DNA of 64,000 nt from Candidatus Moraniibacteriota bacterium (GCA_026985555.1 JALSQF010000003.1:62605-126604); one strand, 5' to 3'. Shown: positions 18,671 through 29,714, numbered from the stretch's first letter. The notes: a model not told the origin generated them from the sequence alone. A program made the numbers and translations.

Positions 18671-18699
18671 ATGTTAAGGAAAAAACTAATTTTTGTCAA
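18671..18699 (-). promoter_or_regulatory. sigma70-type promoter
   Basis: Minus strand TTGACA-17 bp-TAACAT. Confidence 0.55.
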
Positions 18700-18784
18700 G
18701 AGTTTAATCTTTTGAATAAATATTTTAGAAAAAGCATAATTTATTCTATAATTAAGATAGGTTATTAGAAATAAATTATTTTCT

Positions 18785-19741
18785 ATGTTGAAAAAAATAA
18801 TTTTTTTTATACTCATTCTAGGCGGTCTTTTTTTCTCGGATAATTTTTTTACTTTTCAAAAAAAAATAATTCCAATTGATAATTTTAAATCTCCTCTTTT
18901 TTTAACTAAAAAGCAAAAGTGTTTTCTTCCGTTGCATTATTCTTTAGGAAAATTAGATAATCGTTTTAATCTTACTTCAGAAGAAGCTCGGCAAGCTCTA
19001 TTGCAAGCGGAAAGTATTTGGGAGAAAGCAATTCGTATGAATTTACTGCAATATGATGAAAAAGCTAATTTTAAAATTAATTTTATTTTTGATCAGAGAC
19101 AAGAGCGAACTTTGGCTTATAAAAAACTATATGAACAATTAGATCAAGTTCAAAAAACCAAAGGAAAGATGAGTAAAGAATATCAAGAATTAATTAAGCG
19201 TTATCAGATTAAATTAGATGTTTATCAAAAGAGAGTTAAAAATTTTAATACTGATTTAAGCCAATACAATCAGAAAGTAGCTTATTGGAACAAAGAGGGT
19301 GGAGCGCCATCAGATGAATATAAAAAATTGCAAAAAGAAAAAAAAGAATTAGATAAACGAAGAAATAAAATAGAAACCAAAAGAAAGGAACTGAATAAAC
19401 TAATACAAAAAATAAATTTATTAGCCCAAAAAGAAAAGAAACTAGTGGAAAATTATAATAGCAATGTGAGAAAATACGAAAATAATTATGGTCAAAAATG
19501 TCACTTTGATCAAGGAAAATATTTTGGCGATCATATAGAAATTTATCAGTTTAATAATTATTCAGATTTGATTTTGGTTTTAGCGCACGAATTAGGACAT
19601 GCTTTGCAAATGAAACATGTAATAAATAGCCATTCTATAATGTATTATTTAGCAGGAGATCAAGATTTTAAAAACTTACAACCAACTAAAGAAGATATTG
19701 AAGAATTAAAAAAAGTGCTGAAAGAAAATCATTGTCTTTAA
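18785..19741 (+). CDS. Matrixin-like (M10) metalloprotease with coiled-coil insert
   Basis: HELGHALQMKH zinc motif and SIMY Met-turn. Confidence 0.85.
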   Translation: MLKKIIFFILILGGLFFSDNFFTFQKKIIPIDNFKSPLFLTKKQKCFLPLHYSLGKLDNRFNLTSEEARQALLQAESIWEKAIRMNLLQYDEKANFKINFIFDQRQERTLAYKKLYEQLDQVQKTKGKMSKEYQELIKRYQIKLDVYQKRVKNFNTDLSQYNQKVAYWNKEGGAPSDEYKKLQKEKKELDKRRNKIETKRKELNKLIQKINLLAQKEKKLVENYNSNVRKYENNYGQKCHFDQGKYFGDHIEIYQFNNYSDLILVLAHELGHALQMKHVINSHSIMYYLAGDQDFKNLQPTKEDIEELKKVLKENHCL

Positions 19742-19780
19742 AGATTAAGAAATATTAAAAAATTGAATTTTATAAACTAG

Positions 19781-19852
19781 TGTCCCTGATAGGAATTGAA
19801 CCTATATCTAGTCCTTAGGAGGGACTTGTTCTATCCGTTGAACTACAGGGAC
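19781..19852 (-). tRNA. tRNA-Arg(CCT)
   Basis: GTCCCTG acceptor stem; AGTCC-CT-CCT-AA-GGACT anticodon arm; TTCAATT T-loop; no encoded CCA. Confidence 0.93.
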
Positions 19853-19862
19853 AAAATAAAAA

Positions 19863-21119
19863 TTAAATTAGTTTTCTAATTAAATCGTATTTTTTCAAAG
19901 GTTTACTTAATTCTAAATAATAAATACTTTTATGTCCACCATGGGCAGAAGAAACGGATTCTCTTTTTTCGTTGTAAATTTTGATTATTTTAACAGGATA
20001 ATTGTTTTGAGGAGAAATTATTTCTATTTTATCATTAAGATAAATGGCATTATGAACTTTAATTTTAGTTAAATGATTGCGATAAGTATTATGTAAAACT
20101 TCTCCTACAAATTCATAAGAACTAGTGTTGTGAGAATTTTGAAAATTATGACCAGGTTCATTGCCCAAGAGAAATCCAGTGGTATAACCACGATGAATTA
20201 AAGAATTTAAATTAGTTTGTTCTTGTAAAAGGGCCAAATCTAAATTTTTTCTGGTTGTATTTTTTTCTAGTAAACGAGCTATCTTACTATAGGCTTTCAC
20301 AACGGTAGCTAAATAATAAACACTTTTATTGCGTCCTTCTATTTTAAAGGAACTAATCCCAGCTTTTTTAAGGGCAGATAAATAATGTAACAAATTAAGA
20401 TCTTGACTATTGAAAAAATAAGTGCCGTGCTGATCTTCCTCTAAATCTATCTCAAATTTTTTAGTTTGATCTTCCACACTCATAGTTTTTATGGTTTCTT
20501 TTTTCTGTTGGTAAAGCCAACGACAGGGTTGAGCGCAATCTCCTAAATTAGCGCTTCTTCCCGTCATCCATTTGCTTAAAATACAACGTCCCGAATAACT
20601 CATACACATAGCTCCATGAACAAAATATTCTAATTCTACTTCAGGCACTTTCTGGTGAATTTCTTTAATTTCTTGAAGAGTAACTTCTCTAGCTAAAATA
20701 ATTCTTTTAACACCTTGTTTTTGCCAGAATCTAACCGCTTGCCAATTAGTAGCATTGGCTTGAGTGGATAAATGAATTTCTATTTGAGGCAAATATTTTT
20801 TAACTAATTCTAAAATTCCAGGATCACTTATAATTATTCCATCTACAGGTATTTTTTTAATTTTGTAGAGATGTTTTTCTAATAAAGGGAGATGGCGATT
20901 ATGAGCGTAAATATTAAGGGTTAGATAAAATTTTTTCTTTTTTTTATGAGTATAGGTAACTCCTTTTTTTAATGTAGGTAGAGTAAAATCATTAATTCTA
21001 GCGCGCAAGGAAAAATCAGGCACGCCAGCATAAACAGCGTTAGCTCCATAGTTTAAAGCATATTGCATTTTGGAAAAACTTCCTGCAGGAGCTAATATTT
21101 CTAGAGATTTATTTTTCAT
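19863..21119 (-). CDS. Peptidase U32 family protein (TrhP/YegQ-like tRNA hydroxylase)
   Basis: EILAPAGS, HGAMCMSYSGRC, CAQPCR and FKIEGR motifs. Confidence 0.9.
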   Translation of the reverse strand: MKNKSLEILAPAGSFSKMQYALNYGANAVYAGVPDFSLRARINDFTLPTLKKGVTYTHKKKKKFYLTLNIYAHNRHLPLLEKHLYKIKKIPVDGIIISDPGILELVKKYLPQIEIHLSTQANATNWQAVRFWQKQGVKRIILAREVTLQEIKEIHQKVPEVELEYFVHGAMCMSYSGRCILSKWMTGRSANLGDCAQPCRWLYQQKKETIKTMSVEDQTKKFEIDLEEDQHGTYFFNSQDLNLLHYLSALKKAGISSFKIEGRNKSVYYLATVVKAYSKIARLLEKNTTRKNLDLALLQEQTNLNSLIHRGYTTGFLLGNEPGHNFQNSHNTSSYEFVGEVLHNTYRNHLTKIKVHNAIYLNDKIEIISPQNNYPVKIIKIYNEKRESVSSAHGGHKSIYYLELSKPLKKYDLIRKLI

Positions 21120-21254
21120 AAACTATATTAAGATTTTATTTTTTAAATTTAATTAATCATAATATAAATAAAAAGTTTTACAAGTTTTTTATATTATCCT
21201 TGCCTTTTTTTGAAATAATAGTTACAATTTCAAAGTAATTTTTTAGATATTTAT

Positions 21255-22316
21255 ATGGAAATTCAAAAAGCATTGAGAGATTTTAAAACTAAAGTAGATA
21301 TAGAAATAGAAAAATATTTAAACAAAGTTATTCAAGAATCATCTAAAGAAGACAGATTTATAACTAATGCTTTAAAATATATTAAAAAGTTTTCTCTCAG
21401 CGGGGGAAAAAGGTTACGTCCTGCTTTAATGTATTACGCTTATTTGGGCGTAGGTGGAAAAAAGAGACAAGAAATATTAAAAACTTCTGTGGCTATAGAG
21501 TTAATTCATATTTTTCTCTTAATTCATGATGATATTATTGATAAAGATTTTAAGAGGCACAATGTAGATACAGTTAATTATTATTATCAAAAAATTGGAA
21601 AAAAAATGTTTCAAGATGAAGAACATTTTGGTAACTCTATGGCAATTATTTTAGGTGATATGGTGGGAGCATTAGGTAATCAAATAATTTTTCAATCCAA
21701 ATTTTCTTCTGATTTAATCATTAAAGCTTTAGATAAATTACAATCTATTGTTTCTATGACGGTTATAGGTGAAGCGCAAGATGTTTATATTAGTTACAAA
21801 AAACGCGCCACAGAAAAGGAAATTTTAAAAATGTATGAGAATAAAACAGCCAAGTATTCTTTAGAGGGGCCAATGCATTTAGGAGCAATTTTAGGAGGAG
21901 CGACACAGAAAGATTTAAATAAAATTAGTCAGTTTTCTCTTCCTTTGGGAATTGCTTTTCAAATTCAAGATGATATTTTAGGCATTTATGGGGATGAGAA
22001 AAAACTAGGTAAACCCATAGGATCTGATATTAGAGAAGGGAAACAAACCATTTTATTGATAAAAGCATTAAAAAAAGTTAATTCAAAAGAAAAAAAATTT
22101 ATGCAAAGTTTAATTGGAAAAAATAGAATTACTCTAAAAGAGATACGAGCTTATCGTCAAATAATGGAAAAAACGGGCGCAAAAAAATATGCGCAACAAT
22201 TAGCGCAAAGAAAGATAGATGAAAGTAAAAAAATTATTCATCAATTAAAATGGAATTTGACCGCTAAAAATTTTTTATTAGGAGTAGCTGATTATATGCA
22301 AGAAAGAGAGATTTAA
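21255..22316 (+). CDS. Polyprenyl diphosphate synthase
   Basis: GGKRLRP, HDDIID, KTA and FQIQDD motifs. Confidence 0.93.
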   Translation: MEIQKALRDFKTKVDIEIEKYLNKVIQESSKEDRFITNALKYIKKFSLSGGKRLRPALMYYAYLGVGGKKRQEILKTSVAIELIHIFLLIHDDIIDKDFKRHNVDTVNYYYQKIGKKMFQDEEHFGNSMAIILGDMVGALGNQIIFQSKFSSDLIIKALDKLQSIVSMTVIGEAQDVYISYKKRATEKEILKMYENKTAKYSLEGPMHLGAILGGATQKDLNKISQFSLPLGIAFQIQDDILGIYGDEKKLGKPIGSDIREGKQTILLIKALKKVNSKEKKFMQSLIGKNRITLKEIRAYRQIMEKTGAKKYAQQLAQRKIDESKKIIHQLKWNLTAKNFLLGVADYMQEREI

Positions 22317-22357
22317 TTATGGACAATCATAATTTGTTTTGTTAAAATGGTATTGTT

Positions 22358-23080
22358 ATGAAAAATAAAGGAAAAACAAAAAAAATAATGCCACAACATT
22401 TAGTAATAATCCCTGATGGTAATCGTCGTTGGGCAAGGAAACGTCATAAAAAACCATGGAAAGGACATGAAGCAGGAGCAGAGGCAATAGAAATTTTAGT
22501 GCGTCAAGGATTAAAACTGGGAGTAAAAAATATGTCTTTTTGGGGATCATCTCTAGATAATCTAAGTAAAAGGCCATGGCAAGAAACGAGAGCGTTATTA
22601 AAGATTTATGAAAAGTATTTTAAGCGATTATTAGAAAGTAAAGATATTGAAAAATATAAAGTGAGAATAAATATCATTGGACGTTGGGAAGAGCAATTTC
22701 CTCGTAGATTAAAAAAAATTTTAAAAGACGGTATTAAAAAAACAAGATCCTATAAAGAAAGAACTCTTAATTTCTTCTTAGCTTATAATGGAGATGATGA
22801 AATGTTACAAACGATTAAGAAAATAGTGGAGAAATATAATTCAGCCAAAAAAATAACAAAAAAAGTTATTAAGGAACATTTAATGACTAAAGATTTGCCA
22901 GAAGTGGATTATTTGATTAGAACAGGAGGAGAACCTCATTTAAGCGCTGGTTTTATGATGTGGGATACAGCTAATGCTCAATTATATTTTTCTGACAAAC
23001 TTTTTCCTGATTTCAAGGGGAGCGAGTTAAAATTGGCCCTAGAAGAATTTTCACAAAGAGAAAGAAGAAAAGGAAAGTAA
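22358..23080 (+). CDS. uppS: Undecaprenyl diphosphate synthase
   Basis: IIPDGNRRWA and DYLIRTGGE motifs. Confidence 0.93.
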   Translation: MKNKGKTKKIMPQHLVIIPDGNRRWARKRHKKPWKGHEAGAEAIEILVRQGLKLGVKNMSFWGSSLDNLSKRPWQETRALLKIYEKYFKRLLESKDIEKYKVRINIIGRWEEQFPRRLKKILKDGIKKTRSYKERTLNFFLAYNGDDEMLQTIKKIVEKYNSAKKITKKVIKEHLMTKDLPEVDYLIRTGGEPHLSAGFMMWDTANAQLYFSDKLFPDFKGSELKLALEEFSQRERRKGK

Positions 23081-23137
23081 AAGTAATAAAAGTAAAAAGA
23101 TTATTTATTAAATTAATAATTATTAAAATAAAACAAT

Positions 23138-23842
23138 ATGAGAAAAAAAATATTTCTAGCTATGTTTTTAGTAGCAGGAGTAATCCTTTTAGGAGGATGT
23201 AAGAAAAAAGAAACTCAACAAAATCAAATAAATACTTCCAAAGGATTATCTCAAAATAAACAAAATACAAATCAACAAAACATAAACAATAATCAACAAA
23301 CAAAAGAAAATAAACTAAGTAATTTGCCAGAATCTGTGAAAAAATTATTTTTATCTGGCAAAAAAATAAAATGTGTTTATAGTGATTCTGAATTAGGTAA
23401 TGGTAGTGTTATGGTGACAACTTATGTAGATACTAAAAGTAAAAATTATAAAACAGTTTTTACAAGTGCAGAGGGTAAAAAGAATACAGTAATTTTTGAC
23501 GGAGAAACTATGTATATGTGGACAGAGGGAGAAGAATCTGGTACAAAAATGGATCAGAGTTGTATTAAAAAATTAAAAGGTAGTTCCGATGTAGAACCTA
23601 ATTCAGAAGAAACTATTGAAGATGAGAAAGATGACAGTGAGTCTGTTGATATAGAGAAAAAATTGTCTCAAGGAGAAAATGTTAAGTGCGAAGCTATATC
23701 TAGTATAGATTTATCAGTTCCCAAAAATGTTAATTTTGTAGATCAGTGCGCTATGTTAGAAAAACAACAAAAAGCATTGAAAGGGCTAGAAAAGCAAATG
23801 GAAAATATACCTCAAATGCCAACGGGAGCTGAACCGAAATAA
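23138..23842 (+). CDS. Hypothetical lipoprotein
   Basis: LLGGC lipobox; Gln/Asn-rich linker. Confidence 0.75.
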   Translation: MRKKIFLAMFLVAGVILLGGCKKKETQQNQINTSKGLSQNKQNTNQQNINNNQQTKENKLSNLPESVKKLFLSGKKIKCVYSDSELGNGSVMVTTYVDTKSKNYKTVFTSAEGKKNTVIFDGETMYMWTEGEESGTKMDQSCIKKLKGSSDVEPNSEETIEDEKDDSESVDIEKKLSQGENVKCEAISSIDLSVPKNVNFVDQCAMLEKQQKALKGLEKQMENIPQMPTGAEPK

Positions 23843-23877
23843 ACGAAACATTTCAATCAGAAAAACAAAACTACTTT

Positions 23878-24801
23878 TTAAAAAGTAGTTTTGTTTTTTA
23901 ATAATGAAATAGCTATAGATTTATTTTTTATAAGATGGATAGTTTTGGTTTTTTTAAATTTTTTTATCCAAGTTAATTGACGTTTAGCGTAATTTTTTTC
24001 TGCTAAATAAATTTTTTCTTTTAACTTTTTTAAATTTTCATCTGTGTTTGGTTCTTTTTTTAAAAATTGAGATATGAGATAAAAACTTAAACCCAATCTT
24101 TCAATCTGTTTCCAGGTGTAACCTTTTTCATTTAATCTTTTAATTTCTTCTATCATATTTTGTTTCCAACGAATTTCAACATTTTTTTTAATCCTCTTCT
24201 TTAATTCTTCCCAGTTGTAATAAGGATACAAAAAAATAAAGTCATAAGGAGGGGGATTATACTGAAGAGGAGGAATATCACCTAGAGAATTGATAATTTC
24301 TAAAGCTCTGATTAAGCGTATTTTGTTGTGCGGACCAATTCTATGAGCTTGTTGAGGATTTCTTTTTTTTAGTTTTTGAAATAATTGAGAAGCAGTTTTT
24401 TGTTCCAGTTGTTTTCTTAAATGGAAATTGGGTTGAACTTGAGGAAATTGTTGTCCTTTGATTAAGGCATAAATCCAAAAAATACTCCCACCACAAATAA
24501 TAGGGAGTTTATTTTTTTTGAATATTCTTGGAATAAGTTCAGTTGTTTTCTTTTGAAAATCAACCACATTAAAGTTTTTATTTAAAGAAAGAAAACTAAT
24601 GAGATGGTGAGGTATATTTTTATAAGGATCTTTATTAATAGGAACAGCTCCTGTGTTAATTTCTGTATGGCGATAAATTTGACGAGAGTCTGCTGATATA
24701 ATTTCTCCTTGAAAATGAGAAGCTATCTCAACAGCCAAACTAGATTTACCAGAGGCAGTGGGTCCTAAAATAACAATAATTTTATTTTTTTTCTTTTGCA
24801 T
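23878..24801 (-). CDS. miaA: tRNA dimethylallyltransferase
   Basis: GPTASGKS, ISADSRQIY and YAKRQLTW motifs. Confidence 0.95.
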   Translation of the reverse strand: MQKKKNKIIVILGPTASGKSSLAVEIASHFQGEIISADSRQIYRHTEINTGAVPINKDPYKNIPHHLISFLSLNKNFNVVDFQKKTTELIPRIFKKNKLPIICGGSIFWIYALIKGQQFPQVQPNFHLRKQLEQKTASQLFQKLKKRNPQQAHRIGPHNKIRLIRALEIINSLGDIPPLQYNPPPYDFIFLYPYYNWEELKKRIKKNVEIRWKQNMIEEIKRLNEKGYTWKQIERLGLSFYLISQFLKKEPNTDENLKKLKEKIYLAEKNYAKRQLTWIKKFKKTKTIHLIKNKSIAISLLKNKTTF

Positions 24802-24922
24802 AAAGATTAGTTTGCCTTTTTAATATATAATGTTATTATAAAACTAAGTTTAAGAAAAAAAGTCAATATTTTTTAAATTTCTTAACTTTAGTTTTTTTGA
24901 TAAAAAAAGAAAGGAGGATAAA

Positions 24923-25256
24923 AATGAGTCTTTTTTCTGCAGGGATATTGTGCGGGGAATGTTATAGGTTAAAAGGAGATGACGAAAAAAGTTCTCGTCA
25001 AAAAATAAGATACAGAATAGAGGTTTTAGAATGTCTTCAAAAATTTAGAAATGCAGAAGTGTTAGTGTGTTTGGATGAGGAAGATATAGTTGGAGTAATA
25101 AATTTGACAGATTATTTAAGTAGATGTTGTTTTTTTTGCCAAGGAGATATGCCCTTGGTTTATGAAGAAATTAAAAAAATGTTAGAACAATCTGAAATCA
25201 AGGAGGGAATAGAGCGAAAATTAGAAGTGATTAATTTTCGTAAAAAAATAGAATAA
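24923..25256 (+). CDS. Hypothetical Cys-containing protein (SD-led)
   Basis: AAGGAGG-ATAAA-ATG (MSLFSAG...); CGEC and CCFFC motifs. Confidence 0.55.
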
Positions 25257-25263
25257 CTTTTTT

Positions 25264-25293
25264 ATAAGCAATCTCTTATAAGAGATTGCTTAT
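25264..25293. terminator. 30-bp perfect palindrome, likely bidirectional terminator
   Basis: ATAAGCAATCTCTTATAAGAGATTGCTTAT between convergent genes. Confidence 0.7.
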
Positions 25294-25877
25294 TTTATTT
25301 TTTGGCGGTTTATTAAAGCGCTAGAAAGGGTTATTTCATCGGCGTATTCAATATCTCCTCCTGTGCTAAGTCCTCTAGCTAAGCGAGTAATTTTTATTGG
25401 ATATGATTTTAACTTTTCTTTGAGATAAAAAGCAGTTAAATCTCCTTCTGTAGTAGGGTTAGTGGCGATAATTAACTCCTCTGTTTGTTCTTTTTTTATT
25501 CTGTGAATTAATTGATTAACATTAAGATATTTAATTTTTTCTTCATTTTCTATAGTTCCTCCTAAAACATGATAAAGTCCTTGATATTTTTTAGTTTTTT
25601 CTAAAGCAATAATATCTAAAGGATCTTCTACCACGCATATTATTTTTTGGTTGCGGTTATTATTGTTGCAAATTTCACAATATTTTGTTTCGGCTAAATT
25701 ATAACAACGTTGACAGCTTTTTAAATTCTTTAGAGCTAATAAATTTTTAGCGAAATCGTCTATAATTTCTTTTTTCTGTTTGAAAAGATGGAGGACTAGT
25801 CTTTCTGCTAAACGAGGTCCAATGGATGGTAATTGAGAAAAATTATTGATTAATTTTTGAAAAGTTTTTGGATACAT
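25290..25877 (-). CDS. recR: Recombination mediator RecR
   Basis: LPSIGPRLAER, C4 zinc finger, ATNPTTEGD, EYADE. Confidence 0.97.
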   Translation of the reverse strand: MYPKTFQKLINNFSQLPSIGPRLAERLVLHLFKQKKEIIDDFAKNLLALKNLKSCQRCYNLAETKYCEICNNNNRNQKIICVVEDPLDIIALEKTKKYQGLYHVLGGTIENEEKIKYLNVNQLIHRIKKEQTEELIIATNPTTEGDLTAFYLKEKLKSYPIKITRLARGLSTGGDIEYADEITLSSALINRQKIK

Positions 25878-25892
25878 AATTTTTTATTTTAA

Positions 25893-27284
25893 TTAAGTAT
25901 TCTCTTCTGCAAAATTTTCTGTGGCAGAATGAATTTTTTCTAAAGACTGAAAAGTAGTAGAGTTTTCATTAAAGTAAAGTTGTATTTTCCCCACTGGTCC
26001 GTTACGATGTTTAGCTACAAGAACATCTACTATGTTTTTATTAGGAGTATCAGGTTTTTCTCTGTCTTCTCTGTATAAAAACATAACAACATCAGCATCT
26101 TGCTCAATTGATCCAGATTCTCTTAAATCTGAAAGTTTAGGGATTTGAGGAGAACGTGATTCCACTTGACGAGAAAGTTGTGACAAAGCAATTACGGGAA
26201 CATTTAATTCACGGGCTAACTGTTTTAAAGAACGAGAAATTTCCGAAATTTCTTGAACACGGTTGTCTCCTCCACGTGAACGACCTTCCATTAATTGTAA
26301 GTAATCAATGATAATAACTCCTAATTGATGTTCCGCTTGTAATCTTCTGGCCATGGTGCGCATTTCCATAATATTAGCTGAACCAGTGTCGTCAATATAA
26401 ATAGGAGCTTCAGAAAGAATTCCCATAGCGTTGCTAATTTTCTCAAAATCACTTCCATTTTCTTTATCTCTTAATCGCCCGGTGCGTAAACGCCATAAAT
26501 CTATTTTTGCTTCAGCTGCTATCATTCTATCAATAAGTTGATCAGCTGACATTTCTAAGCTAAATATTCCTACAGGAGTTTTATTTTTTGTGCCAATATA
26601 ACGTGCTAAATCAAGAGCTAAAGTAGTTTTTCCAATGGAAGGGCGTGCTGCTAGAATAATTAAATCGGATTTTTGAAAGCCAGCTAGAAGATTATCTAAA
26701 TCAGGAAATCCGCTAGGGATGCCTCTTAATTCTCCTTTATTTTTATGCAATTCATCAATGCGGTTAAAGGCTTCTTCTAAAATGGACTTTATAGGAACAA
26801 AATCTTGTTTAATATATTTTTGAGATATAGCAAAAAGTTTTTGTTCTGCTTCGTCTAATATTTTTTCTGTGTCCTCACTTTCATTATATCCTAGTTCTAT
26901 TATCTCTGTGGCTGTGGTAATCAATTTTCTCAAAAGAGATTTTTTTTGGACTAATTTAGCATAATAAACAATATTAGAAGCAGAAGCTACGGAATTAATT
27001 AAGGAGGCTAAGTAAGAAGATCCGCCTACTTCTTCTAATTGATTTTTTTCTTCTAAACGGCTAGAAACACTAAGCATATCTAAAGGTTCTTGTTTTTCGT
27101 ATAAATCTAACATAGCTTCATAAATAAGAGAGTGTTTGTTTTGATAAAAATCATTACTTTTCAAAATGTCAGCTACTTTAATAATACTATCTTTTTCCAG
27201 CATTAAAGCGCCTAAAACGGATTGTTCGGCTTCAATATTATGTGGTGGTGTTTTGGCTTCTTTTTTTTGTTCTTTCATAAACAA
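25893..27284 (-). CDS. dnaB: Replicative DNA helicase
   Basis: AARPSIGKT, IDYLQL and DLRESGSIEQDAD motifs. Confidence 0.98.
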   Translation of the reverse strand: MFMKEQKKEAKTPPHNIEAEQSVLGALMLEKDSIIKVADILKSNDFYQNKHSLIYEAMLDLYEKQEPLDMLSVSSRLEEKNQLEEVGGSSYLASLINSVASASNIVYYAKLVQKKSLLRKLITTATEIIELGYNESEDTEKILDEAEQKLFAISQKYIKQDFVPIKSILEEAFNRIDELHKNKGELRGIPSGFPDLDNLLAGFQKSDLIILAARPSIGKTTLALDLARYIGTKNKTPVGIFSLEMSADQLIDRMIAAEAKIDLWRLRTGRLRDKENGSDFEKISNAMGILSEAPIYIDDTGSANIMEMRTMARRLQAEHQLGVIIIDYLQLMEGRSRGGDNRVQEISEISRSLKQLARELNVPVIALSQLSRQVESRSPQIPKLSDLRESGSIEQDADVVMFLYREDREKPDTPNKNIVDVLVAKHRNGPVGKIQLYFNENSTTFQSLEKIHSATENFAEENT

Positions 27285-27413
27285 AATTGTTAGTTAATTT
27301 ATAATAACTTGATTTTAAAAAAAAGCAAATTTTATTTCATAAAAAATAAAATAAAAACCGTTATTAACGGCTTTTATTTTATAAATTTATTTTTAATAGA
27401 ACAAGATATTAAA

Positions 27414-27950
27414 TTATTTTATATCAGGATAAATTTTTAAAGCATCATTAAAACGATTAGTAAAGTTAAATAAGCCTACCACTGCAGTAATTTCTACGAT
27501 TTCTTTGTCTGAAAAATTTTCTTTCATTTTTTCTAAAAGCTCATTGCTAATTTTAAATGCTTCTTGAGTAACTTCTTTAGCATATTCTAAAGCTATTTTT
27601 TCTTTTTCATCGGAAACATCTTCTAATTTTGCAATATCTTCTTCTTGAATACCCATACTTTTCATTTTCATTTTAGTAATATCCACACAAAGTTCACACT
27701 TATTTAGTTCTGAAACTACATAAGCCACTTTCCATTTTAGTAAAGCATTAACAGGTTCATTATCCATTAGTGATTTGAATAATGCCATAAAACCAACTAA
27801 AGTATCTTCACAATTAGCCATAACCCGCATCCATTTAGGAACTTCTCCTGCTGTTTCTTTCATATGTTGAAATATTTCTTGAGTTTTTCCTTGTGCTTCT
27901 TCATCGGAAACCATATGGACAATGGGTTGATTGATTTTATTTTGAGACAT
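27414..27950 (-). CDS. AhpD/carboxymuconolactone decarboxylase-like protein
   Basis: VSELNKCELC and NFTNRFNDAL motifs. Confidence 0.8.
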   Translation of the reverse strand: MSQNKINQPIVHMVSDEEAQGKTQEIFQHMKETAGEVPKWMRVMANCEDTLVGFMALFKSLMDNEPVNALLKWKVAYVVSELNKCELCVDITKMKMKSMGIQEEDIAKLEDVSDEKEKIALEYAKEVTQEAFKISNELLEKMKENFSDKEIVEITAVVGLFNFTNRFNDALKIYPDIK

Positions 27951-28175
27951 TTTTTTGTAGGTTAATCTTATTATATATCTATTATAGCATAATTATCTAT
28001 TTTTAACAAATTTTTGGACTAGTGTTGCGACATTTTTAATAAATTTTTTAAATTTATCTTTTGAGATTTTTAAGAATATAGATTTTAGAAGTTTTTTTAA
28101 AATAGAATATGTTTAGTTTTAATCAAAAATTATATTAAAAAAGTTGAATCAACTGATAAAATTTTTAAAAAATGC

Positions 28176-28223
28176 TTCTGGCTATTTAAATATCCATTTA
28201 AATGGATATTTAAATAGCCAGAA
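28176..28223. repeat. 48-bp perfect palindrome, copy 3
   Basis: Identical core. Confidence 0.98.
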
Positions 28224-28292
28224 AAAAAAGAAGAGAATTGAAAAAGATAAAAGATAAAAAAATAAAAGATGTTTATAATTATAAAATATAAA

Positions 28293-28520
28293 TTAAAATT
28301 GGGAGAAAACGGAAAAAGATCTAAAATCTAAATGAAAAAATAAGTTAAGATTTAATATAAGAAGTAAGCCAAAGACCATAATAAAAATACTAAGCATTAT
28401 TAAACTATGTGTTTTATTGATAGAATATTTAACAATGTGATAAATAATAAACAAACCTGCGACAAGAAAACTTAAGATAATAATTAGATATAAAAGAGAA
28501 AAAATATTTTTTAATAACAT
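28293..28520 (-). CDS. Small two-TM membrane protein
   Basis: Two hydrophobic helices; directly downstream of ruvB. Confidence 0.65.
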   Translation of the reverse strand: MLLKNIFSLLYLIIILSFLVAGLFIIYHIVKYSINKTHSLIMLSIFIMVFGLLLILNLNLFFHLDFRSFSVFSQF

Positions 28521-28538
28521 AGATTTTCAATTATTTAT

Positions 28539-29549
28539 TTAAATTAATTTTTGTTGTTGCGCTTGAGTAAATTTGTAACCCAAATGGTCATAAGCGTTTT
28601 TTGTAACTACTCTTCCGCGAGGTGTTCTGGCTAAAAATCCTATTTGAATCAAAAAGGGTTCATAAACATCTTCAATGGTTCGTATTTCTTCTGCTGTAGC
28701 GGCGGCTAATGTTTGAATTCCAACAGGACCACCTTGAAATTTTTCAATGATAGTTTTAATAATTTCTCTGTCAGTGGGTTCTAGACCAAAATTATCAATT
28801 TCTAAAGTGTTTAATGCTTCTTGAGATATTGATTCATCAATTATTGGTTTGTTTTTAATTTGAGCGAGATCGCGAACTCTTTTTAATAAACGGTTAGCAA
28901 TACGAGGAGTTTGTCGGCTACATTGGGCAATAATTTTTGATCCTTTTTCATCTATTTCAATGTTTAAAATTTTACTAGAACGTTGAATAATTTTTTGAAT
29001 TTCTTCAGTAGTATAAAATTCCAAGCGATTAATAACTCCAAATCTATTGCGAAGGGGATTAGAAATAGATCCTAAACGTGTCGTAGCACCGATAAGGGTA
29101 AATTTTGGCAAATCCAGTTGAAGTGTTCTAGCAGAAGGTCCTTTGCCTACGATTATGTCTAATTTATAATCTTCCATAGCAGGGTAGAGAATTTCTTCTA
29201 CTAATTTATTAAGGCGATGAATTTCATCAATAAATAAAACATCTCCATCTTGTAAATTGGTTAAGATAGATCCTAAATCTCCTACTTTTTCAATAGCTGG
29301 ACCAGAAGTTATTTTAATATTAACATTCATTTCTTTAGCTATGATATGAGAAAGAGTTGTTTTTCCTAGTCCAGCTGGTCCATAAAGAAGAACATGTTCA
29401 ATAGCTTCTTTTCTTTTTTTGGCGGCTTCTATTAGAATTTTAAGATTTTTTTTAGTTTTTTCTTGTCCAACGTATTCCTGAAAATTTTGAGGACGAAGGG
29501 TTTGATCTAATTGAATATCTTCTGATTGTTCTTGAGAATTGGTAATCAT
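28539..29549 (-). CDS. ruvB: Holliday junction helicase RuvB
   Basis: [19 protein letters not shown] and RTPRGR; likely start MITNSQ. Confidence 0.98.
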   Translation of the reverse strand: MITNSQEQSEDIQLDQTLRPQNFQEYVGQEKTKKNLKILIEAAKKRKEAIEHVLLYGPAGLGKTTLSHIIAKEMNVNIKITSGPAIEKVGDLGSILTNLQDGDVLFIDEIHRLNKLVEEILYPAMEDYKLDIIVGKGPSARTLQLDLPKFTLIGATTRLGSISNPLRNRFGVINRLEFYTTEEIQKIIQRSSKILNIEIDEKGSKIIAQCSRQTPRIANRLLKRVRDLAQIKNKPIIDESISQEALNTLEIDNFGLEPTDREIIKTIIEKFQGGPVGIQTLAAATAEEIRTIEDVYEPFLIQIGFLARTPRGRVVTKNAYDHLGYKFTQAQQQKLI

Positions 29550-29635
29550 AAAAGTAAATAGTTTAATTTTAAAATAATAAAATGATACAGATAAACTTAT
29601 TTTATTATAATTTATATTTAAAATTATATCAGCAC

Positions 29636-29664
29636 TTGACAAAAAAATCAAAGCATGCTAGTCT
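29636..29664 (+). promoter_or_regulatory. sigma70-type promoter
   Basis: TTGACA-17 bp-TAGTCT with extended TG. Confidence 0.6.
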
Positions 29665-29714
29665 TGAAAGTCATCAGTAATTTAAGATAAAAAAATAAAT
29701 AGTAAGTAAGAATT

